From assembly GCA_963676835.2 (NCBI GenBank), contig CAXXFF010000002.1:1408001-1472000 (forward strand): a DNA stretch of 64,000 nucleotides. The letters run 5' to 3'. Position 1 is the first letter of the stretch. Each line of letters opens with the position of its first letter. The DNA is from Marispirochaeta sp. GTDB lineage: Bacteria > Spirochaetota > Spirochaetia > JC444 > Marispirochaetaceae. The notes under the pieces were generated by a model that did not search any database, had not been told where the DNA came from, and saw only the letters and a program-made list of their open reading frames with translations. This document shows, in pieces, positions 38,040-47,808 of this stretch. The position numbers were made by a program, and so were the translations under genes.

Positions 38040-39167
38040 ATGCAGAGTAAGATAATTTTCCGTATTCCCTTTATGGGCTTCCTGCTTTTTATTCTGATGG
38101 TGCTCTTTTCCTGCGGAGGCTCCTCAGGAGCCGGGGATTCCACTATCCTTTTCAATGCCCGGCTTATGGAGTCCGATGACTTCTTCACCGGCGCCCACTG
38201 GAACGATCCCCATGTTCTGCATGACGGCAGTCAGTTTGTAATGTATGCTTCTTCTGATGAGCCCGGGGACGAGGAAGGATATGTAAAAATTTTCATGTTT
38301 ACTTCCCCGGACGGCAAAAACTGGACTATCAGCAACTCCGGGAATCCCGTTTTTGAGGCTGGCAGCTTAGGGCAGTGGGATGAACACTGTGTCGAGACCC
38401 CGGCGGTGGTCTATTACAACAGCGAGTATCATCTGTTCTATACCGGCTATGATGTGCCCTATAACTACACTGCAGATGACGGTAACGGTGCCGGCGACGG
38501 GGATACCGATTGGGATAATGATGTAGCGGCCAAGCATTTTCACATCGGCCATGCAACATCTTTAGACGGAATATCCTGGACACGGGATGGTGACAATCCC
38601 ATTGTCAGCCCCACAGATCCTTATGCAGCTCCCAATCTCGATTTTAATCAGTCTGTTGTGGGTGAACCTGCCCCGGTGGTATTTGACAACAAAATCTATC
38701 TCTACTTTACCGCAGTCGGAGCAGCTTCAGAGGTGGGAACAACCTGGCAGACCATAGGCCTTACAGTTTTCAATGGCACAGCCTGGGACTCTCCCCGGCG
38801 GGTACTTACCCCCGATTTAACGCTGTACCCGAGGACCAGCGGAGAGGAGTACGCCGGCTATTCAACCCCCAATGCTCTTGTAATAGACGGCTCAATTCAT
38901 CTTTTTTACGATGTGGTTATAAACGATCCCTGGACCCAGGTGAAGATACATCACGCAGTCTCTACCGACGGTGAGACTGGCTGGGTACAGGATTCTGCAC
39001 CCCTGCTGCAGCGGAGCGACTATTTCTGGACCGAATCGGAAATCCGCAGCCCTTCAGCAATTGTCTATCAGGATAATCTCTATCTCTATTTTGCCGGACA
39101 CTATTTTGACGGCCCTGTTTTTAATCTTGGAATAGGCCTGCGAATTTATAACGGAGTGCCTTTTTAG
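38040..39167 (+). CDS. lipoprotein, five-bladed beta-propeller glycoside hydrolase-like (GH32/43/130 type)
   Basis: Lipobox LFSC, WNDPHV, ETPAV, IGHATSLDGISW, GEPAPV, RSPS. Confidence 0.7.
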   Translation: MQSKIIFRIPFMGFLLFILMVLFSCGGSSGAGDSTILFNARLMESDDFFTGAHWNDPHVLHDGSQFVMYASSDEPGDEEGYVKIFMFTSPDGKNWTISNSGNPVFEAGSLGQWDEHCVETPAVVYYNSEYHLFYTGYDVPYNYTADDGNGAGDGDTDWDNDVAAKHFHIGHATSLDGISWTRDGDNPIVSPTDPYAAPNLDFNQSVVGEPAPVVFDNKIYLYFTAVGAASEVGTTWQTIGLTVFNGTAWDSPRRVLTPDLTLYPRTSGEEYAGYSTPNALVIDGSIHLFYDVVINDPWTQVKIHHAVSTDGETGWVQDSAPLLQRSDYFWTESEIRSPSAIVYQDNLYLYFAGHYFDGPVFNLGIGLRIYNGVPF

Positions 39168-39205
39168 AGTAAGACAGCTTAAGGTCTATTTTTATTCTAC
39201 AAACC

Positions 39206-39811
39206 TCAGGGCGTGTAACTCGCCGAAACAGCGGTCATCCTGGTGGTATCTCCAGAGAGCGTCAGGTCGACGGTGACTACTGATCCGTCCAGGCTTATGG
39301 TTCCGGAGGCTGTACTGGTGGAGCTTACAGGATGACCATCTTCATCATAGGTAACTTCAACATTAACAGTGTAATCTCCGTCAGCAATCGCTGCTCCGCT
39401 GCTGTCGGTAAGATCCCAGGATTCCGATGTATAGCTTCCTGAACTGCCTGGAAGAATCGACGCGGTAGTTATGCCGTCCAGTACAAGCTCTGATGATGAA
39501 GTTGTTGTGCCCGGTTCGCCTGCGGCTGTTTTCCATAATGTACACACATCATTAGCATATCTGTGCCCTAAAATAACATAGGTTTCATTTGCATAATCGG
39601 TTCGGCCGCCATACTGCTGTACCGTATCTATATAGTTTCCACTGTCGTCACTTACCCAGATATAAATTCCTCTGGACCGTTCGGAAGTGGGAAATGTGAA
39701 ATCGAGGCTGAGCCCGGACTGCTTATATACATAGTTATCAGACACCGCAGGACTTTCGCATGCTGTAAATAGACTGATTAGCAGAACCACACCAAGGAGG
39801 AAGAATTTCAT
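39206..39811 (-). CDS. DUF2271 family lipoprotein
   Basis: Lipobox FTAC, IWVSDDSGNYIDTV, LDGITTAS, WDLTDSSG....GDY.V.VE. Confidence 0.7.
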   Translation of the reverse strand: MKFFLLGVVLLISLFTACESPAVSDNYVYKQSGLSLDFTFPTSERSRGIYIWVSDDSGNYIDTVQQYGGRTDYANETYVILGHRYANDVCTLWKTAAGEPGTTTSSSELVLDGITTASILPGSSGSYTSESWDLTDSSGAAIADGDYTVNVEVTYDEDGHPVSSTSTASGTISLDGSVVTVDLTLSGDTTRMTAVSASYTP

Positions 39812-39941
39812 TTAAAACCTCACTGATTTTGATCGAATTTAATATAAACCGTAATAGACATTTAATCTTGATAAAATTACTATTATTTGGATTAAAAAAG
39901 GCGGTGTGTTATATTTGCACCTGCAAGATAAGGAGTAGACA

Positions 39942-40205
39942 TTGACAAGATCACGGCTGAACTACTGGGTAGATGTCTTACTGCTCATGGTTACCTTTAT
40001 TACTTTTGTTACGGGCATTATTAAATTTCCCGGCTTTCTCAGGCTTATCCGGGTTAGTCCCCGGGATGTTCCCATCGATCTGATAATGCTTATCCACGAC
40101 TGGTGCGGACTCTCTATCGGAATTCTTGTTCTTGTACACCTGATCCTTCACTGGAAGTGGATGATCAATATGACCCGCTCACTGTTTCGCCGGGAGGAAA
40201 AATGA
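39942..40205 (+). CDS. DUF4405 family small membrane protein
   Basis: NYWVDVLL, TG, IHDWCG...LVLVHLILHWKW (His pattern of cytochrome b-like helices). Confidence 0.75.
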   Translation: MTRSRLNYWVDVLLLMVTFITFVTGIIKFPGFLRLIRVSPRDVPIDLIMLIHDWCGLSIGILVLVHLILHWKWMINMTRSLFRREEK

Positions 40206-41293
40206 AGAAAATCGTATTTTTTACTGCAAGTCTGGTACTTTCCATGGTCTGTCTTTTTCCTGAAGGAGAGGCTGTGAGCTTTGATGAAATCGATGAGGCT
40301 GAAGAGGTAGAAGCACCTGCACCGCTCATCCGGGCAGGTGGGCTCAATTTTAACCTCTACACCGATTTTACCCTCTACGGAGGCTTGAACGAAACAATCA
40401 ACGCGGGAGAGAAAGAGTGGGAACCCTTTCTTGAGTTCGGCCAGAACCATTTTAATGTAATGGGTATGGTCAGTAATGATCAGTTCAGTGCGGTATTTGA
40501 TATTTCCACCGCCTCCCGCTTTCTGGAGTTTACCCTGGATAGGGAGAATACTGCCGTAACCCTTGGACGTATTTTCATTCCCTTCGGAAGTGCCGATTAT
40601 CATCATATCTATGGCGGCCATCCCGATGAGGGCAGCCTGTTTCTGCCTTTTTTCTGGACGGATTACGGAGTTAAAGTAAACCAGATTATTAACGATTCCC
40701 TGAATTTTGATTTCGGCATTACCAACGGATTCAGAACCTACGCCGGTGCGCCTGTTTTTACCTCTTCTCCGACGGATGAAAATAATCTGATGAAAGCCCT
40801 TAATCTGCGGGTCAATTTTTCTCCAGCCTTAAATACCACAGGCAGCTTCTCATTGATGTTCGACTCTTTTTCCGATGATGATGCCTACCTCTGGGAAGAT
40901 TCAATTTTAATGTACGGTGTTGATCTAAGTCAGCGTCTCGGGGCTCTTACCCTGAAAGGTGGCGCAGCCCTTGGAGAAGTGAGGATTCACAGTGAAGGCC
41001 TGGATGAGTCTCTTCTTCTGCCCCTTACCTATTATCGCATAGGCTGGTATGCCGAAGCTTCCTACCGCTTTGATGCCTTCACCCTGCGCCTGCGGACAGG
41101 TGGGGTAGATCCAGACTCCCGGCAGCTTGATCAGGATGATGCATTGAATTTTAATACCGGCATTATTGTGCCCTTCGGCCCGATGGAGTGGCAGACGGTT
41201 TATCTGATCAACTATCCTCTTGGGGGTGCGGTATCCGGGACCAGTACAGGTCTGTATCATCAGGTCTTAACCAAGTTTTTAATACGTCTTTGA
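40202..41293 (+). CDS. putative outer-membrane porin
   Basis: Signal peptide, GRIFIPFG, WTDYGV, NG, alternating beta-strand pattern. Confidence 0.65.
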   Translation: MKKIVFFTASLVLSMVCLFPEGEAVSFDEIDEAEEVEAPAPLIRAGGLNFNLYTDFTLYGGLNETINAGEKEWEPFLEFGQNHFNVMGMVSNDQFSAVFDISTASRFLEFTLDRENTAVTLGRIFIPFGSADYHHIYGGHPDEGSLFLPFFWTDYGVKVNQIINDSLNFDFGITNGFRTYAGAPVFTSSPTDENNLMKALNLRVNFSPALNTTGSFSLMFDSFSDDDAYLWEDSILMYGVDLSQRLGALTLKGGAALGEVRIHSEGLDESLLLPLTYYRIGWYAEASYRFDAFTLRLRTGGVDPDSRQLDQDDALNFNTGIIVPFGPMEWQTVYLINYPLGGAVSGTSTGLYHQVLTKFLIRL

Positions 41294-41327
41294 CCTGTAG
41301 TGTAGTAAGTCAAAATTAGGAGTTACC

Positions 41328-41864
41328 ATGAAAAAGAGTTATTTACTGCTGATTTTTGCTGTGATTCTTCTTGGTTCTGCAACGGCAAAAGATTTTATGA
41401 GTACCGGGACCGCCCTTAAAGAAGTTATGTCCGGTCAGGACAGTTTGTTCAAGGAGGAAATAGCTCTTACCCGGGACCAGGCCAACGATTTTAACCGCCG
41501 TTATGATTCAGATTACCGCAGAAATGAAAAATTTACTGTCTATTACACAAAAGACAGCAGCGGCAGCATAACTTCCTACGGTATTGTTCTTGAAGATATT
41601 CTCTGGAAGTATGTGGCCAGTCATGAATGGGCCCTGGGATATAATTCAGACGGAACGCTGCGGGGAGTCCGTATAATAAGCCTGACAGATGAATACTCAT
41701 TTCCCCTTGCAGACCCAAGGTTTCTGAATCAGTTTGATAACCTGAGCCCGGCCTCTATTGATATGCCCGGAAATGTGGATGCCGTTACCGGCGCGACCAT
41801 GAGCAGTGAGCTTCTTGTGGAAACAAGCAGAAAAGCCTGGGAGATAATTCAGCTGCTTGATTGA
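41328..41864 (+). CDS. FMN-binding (flavinylation-target) exported protein
   Basis: Signal peptide, FLNQF, VDAVTGATMSS containing the [ST]GA[ST] motif. Confidence 0.8.
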   Translation: MKKSYLLLIFAVILLGSATAKDFMSTGTALKEVMSGQDSLFKEEIALTRDQANDFNRRYDSDYRRNEKFTVYYTKDSSGSITSYGIVLEDILWKYVASHEWALGYNSDGTLRGVRIISLTDEYSFPLADPRFLNQFDNLSPASIDMPGNVDAVTGATMSSELLVETSRKAWEIIQLLD

Positions 41865-41888
41865 AATTCAACATTGTTTGCAGCTTTT

Positions 41889-42911
41889 TCAGTCTTTCAA
41901 GTGCTCCCTGATTTTCTTAAGTTCCGGGAGCACTTTATTAAACGCTTCAAGTACTGCAGGATCGTAGCAGCCTTCAGATTCCTCGCATATCAGCTCTGCC
42001 GCTTTTTCTACCGTCCAGGCTTTTTTATAGGGTCTGTCGCTGGTAAGTGCATCGAATACATCACATATTGCAACGATACGGGCATACAGGCTTATTTCTT
42101 CCCCCTTTAACCCGTCAGGATATCCGCTGCCGTTCCATTTTTCATGATGCTGCAGGCAAATTAGCCTGGCCACCTGCAGCAGCCTGGCTGGATGATCGCC
42201 TATTATTTTTGCACCGATAAGGGAATGGGATTTCATGGTTTCCCATTCGTCGGGATCAAGCTTTCCCGGTTTTAATAAGATACTGTCCGGGATGCCTATC
42301 TTTCCGATATCATGCATGGGGGATGCATTCAGAATCAGATCACACTCTTCTTCATTCAGTCCCATCTCTTGTGCAATAAGAAAGGAGTACTGGCTGACCC
42401 TGTCGACATGCAGCCCTGTTTCATTGTCCTTGAACTCCGATGCTATTCCCAGCTTTTTTATTATTTCAAACTGAGTTTCCGCAACTTCCCGGGTTTTATT
42501 TTTGACTTCCCGAATAAGCTCCCGGCGCTGGTTGTACAGGGCAAGGTGCATTTCAACTCTTAACAACACTATGGCAGGATTTACCGGCTTGGAAAGGTAG
42601 TCGACAGCGCCAAGCTTTATGCCCAGCTCTTCATCAACAGGCTGGTTGTTTGCGGTTATAAAAATTACTGGAATATCATTTGTAAGAGGATTATTCTTCA
42701 GCCTTCTACAGACCTCAAAGCCGTCCATTTCCGGCATCATAACATCTAACAGTATAATATCCGGCCGCGCTTCCTCGGCCATGCTCAGGGCACGTTTTCC
42801 ATTCAGGGCAAAGAGGATAGTGTATTTGCCGTGCAGGATTTCATGCAGGATATCAATATTTTCCGGCGAGTCATCAACAACCAGTACAGTCAATTTTGCA
42901 TCATCATTCAT
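41889..42911 (-). CDS. response regulator with HD-GYP c-di-GMP phosphodiesterase domain
   Basis: Receiver domain plus [23 protein letters not shown]. Confidence 0.93.
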   Translation of the reverse strand: MNDDAKLTVLVVDDSPENIDILHEILHGKYTILFALNGKRALSMAEEARPDIILLDVMMPEMDGFEVCRRLKNNPLTNDIPVIFITANNQPVDEELGIKLGAVDYLSKPVNPAIVLLRVEMHLALYNQRRELIREVKNKTREVAETQFEIIKKLGIASEFKDNETGLHVDRVSQYSFLIAQEMGLNEEECDLILNASPMHDIGKIGIPDSILLKPGKLDPDEWETMKSHSLIGAKIIGDHPARLLQVARLICLQHHEKWNGSGYPDGLKGEEISLYARIVAICDVFDALTSDRPYKKAWTVEKAAELICEESEGCYDPAVLEAFNKVLPELKKIREHLKD

Positions 42912-45900
42912 GGGTTTGCTCTTTTACTAAATCTTCCAGCATTTTCAGGGCAATATCAAATTCATAGCGGGAAATAACCTCATTCATTTCCTGTATGCTG
43001 TTTCTCATAGTTTGGTCGGATGTATTCTCAAGCATCTCAGAGGAAAGAAGCCGTGCCTGAGTGTCATATTTTTCAAGCATTTCCTTCAGTTGTTCCGCCT
43101 GGTTTCTAAACCTGTCAGCATTAAACTCTTCAGACGATTCTTTACCGTCCTGAGAGTGAAGCAGGCTGATAATTTTATCTGCTTCATGAAGAACAGTATT
43201 CAGCTCTGCTTCAACTTTTGCGGCCATTTCCCGGGAGGCGGAGAGGGCTGAATCATTTTTAAATGTAATCTCGATGTTTTTTGCGTTTTCTGAAAGTGAA
43301 AGTGCTCCTATATTTGCGCTGCTGCCGGCGAGGGTATGGGCAAGAAGAATAATTTGCTTGCTTTCATTCTCTTCCAGACTGTGCAGAAGCTGATCCAATG
43401 TTTTTGTACTGTTGGTGGAAAACTTTTCCAGGACACCGGCGTAGGCCGATCTGTTGCCCATCATTCTTGCAAGACCTTCCCTCACATTAATGTGGGTATA
43501 CTCATCAAAAGCGGAAAGGTCCAAGCCGGTATCTTTTTCGGGAGCGGAGAGCTCTTCCCTGGATTCCATATTTACCCATTGGGTAATTACCCGGTGCAGA
43601 TCATTTGTATTAAACGGTTTCGTCAGGAAATCATTTACTCCTGCCTGCACTGCTTTATCTTTTGCTTCAGAAAGTGCATCCGCACTGAGTGCGATAATCG
43701 GCAGGGTCTCCAATTTAAGCTCTTCCCGAATTAATCTCGTCGCCTTATAACCGTCACATCTGGGCATCTGGAGATCCATAAGGACCAGATCAAACTCCTG
43801 CTTCTTAAGTGTCTCAACAGCCTCATATCCGTCATTTGCTATAGCTACGGTAATTCCCCAGTTTTCAAGGATATTTTTGGCAACATCCTGGTTGACTTCA
43901 TTATCCTCAACCAGCAGTACCCGTATGCTGTGCATGGAATGAAGTTCGACTGCAGGATCAGTCCCGTTGAACGACTCCCTGGTGGTGCCGGAAATAGTGC
44001 TCACTATGGCATTGTAAAGAGTAGAGCGTGAAATAGGTTTTAACAAAACCTGACCGAATCCTGCCTCTTTGGCTTCCTTGTGTACATTGATGTCATTGTA
44101 CCCGGTAAGAAGGATGGCCTTTGTCTTTTCAGTGGGCAAGTTTAGAGGTTTTATTTTCTCCCAGGCTTCGATACCGTTCATTTTCGGCATCTTATAGTCC
44201 ATTATAATCAGATCAATGTCGCTTCCCTCTTCCTTCGATCTGGCGAATAGTTTGACTGCATCAGAACCGGATTTTGCCTCTACGAAATTATAGGAAAAGT
44301 CAGCCAGGTTATTTTTGATAGCCTCTCTGATAACATAATGATCATCTACAATCATTATTTTCTGAAGACCTTCAACCTCTGTCAGTTTATCTCTAGCCGG
44401 GGTTGAGCAGGGTTCCTCCTCACACATCTGAAATCGTGCGGTAAAGCTGAATACGCTGCCTTTTTCCGGCTCGCTATCCACTGTAATGGACCCGCCCATC
44501 ATTTCTACCAGGTACTTGCATATGGTCAGCCCCAGGCCTGTACCGCCGTATTTTCTTGTTGTAGATGAGTCGGCCTGGGTAAATGCCTGAAAAAGTTTTT
44601 CCTGCTGTTCGCGGGTCATCCCGATTCCGGTATCCCTGACGGTAAACCGGAGCATGACGGATTTACCAACCAGATTGGCTAATTCCGCTTTCAGTTCAAC
44701 TTCTCCCTGGTGGGTAAACTTGATTGCGTTATTCATCAGATTCATGAGTATCTGGCTTAAGCGGAGAGAATCACCTTCCAGATTTACCGGTACGGAATTT
44801 TCCCGGATAAACAGTATTTCAAGTTCTTTTTTGCCGGTATTGATGCTGACCATTCGGGACACATTGTCCAGGAGTTCATCCAAATTAAAATGCACCGAGT
44901 CAAGTTCCATTTTCCGGGCTTCTATTTTAGAGAAATCAAGAATGTCATTAATAATCTGCATCAGGTTCTTTGCAGCATGGGAAAAATTCTTTACATATCC
45001 CTGCTGCCTGGTTGTCAGTTCAGTATTGCCGAGTAACGAACTGTATCCGATAATTGCATTCATGGGAGTACGGATTTCATGGCTCATGTTTGCCAGGAAA
45101 TCGCTTTTGGCCTGACTGGATTCTTCCGCTTTGGCGGCAAGAATTTCTGCCAGCTCTGTCTGCTGCCGGAGGGTGTTGTTCATCCGAAGCAGTTCTTTTT
45201 CTGATTTTTTCCGGTCCGAAATATCAATAAATGATTCAAGCAGAGCAGGCTGATTTTTGTATTCAAAGGGAGCAATGGTTTTCAGAATACTGATAGTTTG
45301 TCCGCTTTTCAAGGGAAAGGTTTTTTCTATGTTGGAGATTACAGAAGGTGAATTGATATGCGGGCAATATCTTTTCTTGCTTTCTCCGGGTCCCTCACAG
45401 TCGGGGCATATGTATTGGCTGCACGGAGTACCCAGGACCTCTTCAACTCTTGCCTCAAACATTTTGGCAGCGACGCTGTTTATAAATTCCACCTCTAAAG
45501 TTTCTTTATTTACAATCGCAATTCCAACCTGAATATTTTCGAGTATCTGTTTCAGTTGTGCCTCACTGCGAATCAATTGCTTTTCTGCAAGAATGCGTTT
45601 TCGGAAAATAAATAAAAACAGGGCGGAGATAATGGTAATAAATATTACAAAGGCGGCAATTATAAGCAGGGTTCTGGTTTTTATACGTCCGAACCAAATA
45701 TTCTGATCGATTGAAAAAATTACCCCGTAACGGCTGCCGAACAATGACACCGGGTAATATGCGGAAAAAACATCTACCGCCTCATCTATATACAAGGGGT
45801 GTTCAATAAGTCCGTAGTAATTGTTCTGAATATCCGCCGTTATTGTAGCCTGGTATTCAGTATCGATAAGTTTTCCCGAATGGTCCCCGGGAAAATATAT

Positions 45901-46494
45901 CAACTCGCCGTAATCATCAATGCACCAGTACCAGGACTGCCGTCCCGTGTAAAAATGTTGACTCAGTTCGCTCTCTACTGCAGCCGTAAAATCAAGATCA
46001 AATTCGAGAACAGAAACTATTATTCCGTCTTCCCGAACGGGGTATCGGTACACAAGGCCTTTGCTTGTTCGTTCTATCTCGATCTTTTCAATCAGGTAAA
46101 CATCTTTATCCCGTTGAATTATCCCGGAAAAGGTAAAGTAATTTGTGTCACTCTTGATTAAGCGTCTCAGGCGGGTTGAGTCACTAACGGTAATAAGGGA
46201 GATTATATTCTGATATTTTGAATAGAACCTGCGGATCTGGTTAAAGATATCCACGTCTACTGAATCTTTTTCGAGTATTTTATAAAAGGGAGTAACCGTG
46301 GCCTGATATTTCACCTCCTCTTCAAATCCTACTATATAGTTCTGGAGGTTGATACCGCTTATTTCCGACTGCTTACTCAGCATCTCATTGGTAAGTTTTT
46401 TCTGGCTGCTGAGTATGCTGTTGAAACTCATACTGACAGAAATGAGAAGAAAAAGGATAATCAGAAAAATTGCAGCCAGTGCTATTCGCTTCAA
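42904..46494 (-). CDS. hybrid sensor histidine kinase (periplasmic sensor, PAS, HisKA, HATPase, two receivers, HPt)
   Basis: [21 protein letters not shown], two receiver domains, [13 protein letters not shown]t. Confidence 0.93.
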   Translation of the reverse strand: MKRIALAAIFLIILFLLISVSMSFNSILSSQKKLTNEMLSKQSEISGINLQNYIVGFEEEVKYQATVTPFYKILEKDSVDVDIFNQIRRFYSKYQNIISLITVSDSTRLRRLIKSDTNYFTFSGIIQRDKDVYLIEKIEIERTSKGLVYRYPVREDGIIVSVLEFDLDFTAAVESELSQHFYTGRQSWYWCIDDYGELIYFPGDHSGKLIDTEYQATITADIQNNYYGLIEHPLYIDEAVDVFSAYYPVSLFGSRYGVIFSIDQNIWFGRIKTRTLLIIAAFVIFITIISALFLFIFRKRILAEKQLIRSEAQLKQILENIQVGIAIVNKETLEVEFINSVAAKMFEARVEEVLGTPCSQYICPDCEGPGESKKRYCPHINSPSVISNIEKTFPLKSGQTISILKTIAPFEYKNQPALLESFIDISDRKKSEKELLRMNNTLRQQTELAEILAAKAEESSQAKSDFLANMSHEIRTPMNAIIGYSSLLGNTELTTRQQGYVKNFSHAAKNLMQIINDILDFSKIEARKMELDSVHFNLDELLDNVSRMVSINTGKKELEILFIRENSVPVNLEGDSLRLSQILMNLMNNAIKFTHQGEVELKAELANLVGKSVMLRFTVRDTGIGMTREQQEKLFQAFTQADSSTTRKYGGTGLGLTICKYLVEMMGGSITVDSEPEKGSVFSFTARFQMCEEEPCSTPARDKLTEVEGLQKIMIVDDHYVIREAIKNNLADFSYNFVEAKSGSDAVKLFARSKEEGSDIDLIIMDYKMPKMNGIEAWEKIKPLNLPTEKTKAILLTGYNDINVHKEAKEAGFGQVLLKPISRSTLYNAIVSTISGTTRESFNGTDPAVELHSMHSIRVLLVEDNEVNQDVAKNILENWGITVAIANDGYEAVETLKKQEFDLVLMDLQMPRCDGYKATRLIREELKLETLPIIALSADALSEAKDKAVQAGVNDFLTKPFNTNDLHRVITQWVNMESREELSAPEKDTGLDLSAFDEYTHINVREGLARMMGNRSAYAGVLEKFSTNSTKTLDQLLHSLEENESKQIILLAHTLAGSSANIGALSLSENAKNIEITFKNDSALSASREMAAKVEAELNTVLHEADKIISLLHSQDGKESSEEFNADRFRNQAEQLKEMLEKYDTQARLLSSEMLENTSDQTMRNSIQEMNEVISRYEFDIALKMLEDLVKEQTHE

Positions 46495-46511
46495 CCAGTT
46501 CTCTCCAGTAG

Positions 46512-47543
46512 TTATTGCACCAGTTTGAGAATTTTCCAGTCAAGTTCCGGAATCGGTTCTGTGATGATCAGGTACTCTTTGTCGGCAACGGTCAGGGCGA
46601 CTTCTTTTTCTTTCTTGTTATAGACAGCCTCTGCCATCAACCGTACTTCCCTGGTTTTGCTTTTCAACAGATTGAAATCATTTTCCCGGTAGGTATCCTG
46701 CCGGATGGTTTCCAGGTATTTATGATTTTCAAGCACAGGAAGGCCGAAGAGGGTCACCATGGCATCTTCGATAGAGACAACTGTGGCGGTTGAGTCCAGG
46801 ATAACGATTCCCGGTTCCTGTTTTACATACCTGTCGGTGATTGTATTTATGGTAACATCCATGCCCGGGACTCCTTCCAGTTTCCCGTCTATGTATACCG
46901 GTGCAATTACCGATACCATCCAGCCTCTTCCTGCGGGGTCGACATAGGGTTCGTTCACCCAAACAGCCTCTTTTTGGGGATTGTGTTCCAAGTCGGCCAG
47001 ATAATAGAAATTGAACGCGGGAATATCCATTTTCGGTTCGTACTGGGTAAGTACATCAAAATAGGGATAGATCCTGTTGTAGGAGTATTTATCATTATAG
47101 TATGCCTGTATTACTTCCTGATAATTGTCGGTTATCTGCATAAGCACTGCATCCATGGGCTCCGTAAAGTAGACAATATTCTTTATCTCTTCATTTACCG
47201 GAACAACGCCGGAAACAAACACTGCCGATTTTCCGTCGTTCACCGGTTTATAGAAGACGCCGTTTTCGTACAGCGCGTAACGTGAAGGGTCAACCATTGC
47301 CAGATTTTCTGCAGCTGTCTCCGGTGCATACAGCTTCTGAATCTCTTCAGCAAGGCTTCCAACCTCTGTTCGAATCTGCCGGAAATCATTGTTTATCTGC
47401 TCTGCTATACTGACAAGCTGCTCAGACGCAGCCTGTTTCTTTGCCTCAAGCTTACCGCTGCCGCACGATACTATGAGGGCAAATGACAGTGAAAGCAGGC
47501 CTGATGCTATTATCTGTACTCCAGCACTTCTGTTTCTGTTCAT
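46512..47543 (-). CDS. stand-alone dCache-domain lipoprotein
   Basis: Lipobox [28 protein letters not shown]; no TM or output domain. Confidence 0.75.
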   Translation of the reverse strand: MNRNRSAGVQIIASGLLSLSFALIVSCGSGKLEAKKQAASEQLVSIAEQINNDFRQIRTEVGSLAEEIQKLYAPETAAENLAMVDPSRYALYENGVFYKPVNDGKSAVFVSGVVPVNEEIKNIVYFTEPMDAVLMQITDNYQEVIQAYYNDKYSYNRIYPYFDVLTQYEPKMDIPAFNFYYLADLEHNPQKEAVWVNEPYVDPAGRGWMVSVIAPVYIDGKLEGVPGMDVTINTITDRYVKQEPGIVILDSTATVVSIEDAMVTLFGLPVLENHKYLETIRQDTYRENDFNLLKSKTREVRLMAEAVYNKKEKEVALTVADKEYLIITEPIPELDWKILKLVQ

Positions 47544-47808
47544 TGGAATGCCTCCTGTTTTCAGTGGTCAGGCAGGTTCTCCACCTCTGTAAAAGTATAG
47601 TTTTGCTTACGCCAAAATGCGAATTCTGATGCAAGAAAATGAACTGGCTCCGACTTTGGATATCTGCAGGAAGATGAGAGTTATTTTTTAGCGACAGAAG
47701 AGTATTTCTCTTGAGTTCCAAAGGGTATCTGTGTACCATGAAAAAGATTGATGAACGTTGATGGTATTTGAGTAAGGCTTGATAAAACAAACAGAATGGA
47801 TTGTGTGT

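Noticed and set aside
39865..39890. Possible Fur box in the DUF2271/DUF4405 divergent promoter
   Set aside because: tgataaaattactattatt is only a partial match in AT-rich DNA; not supportable by eye
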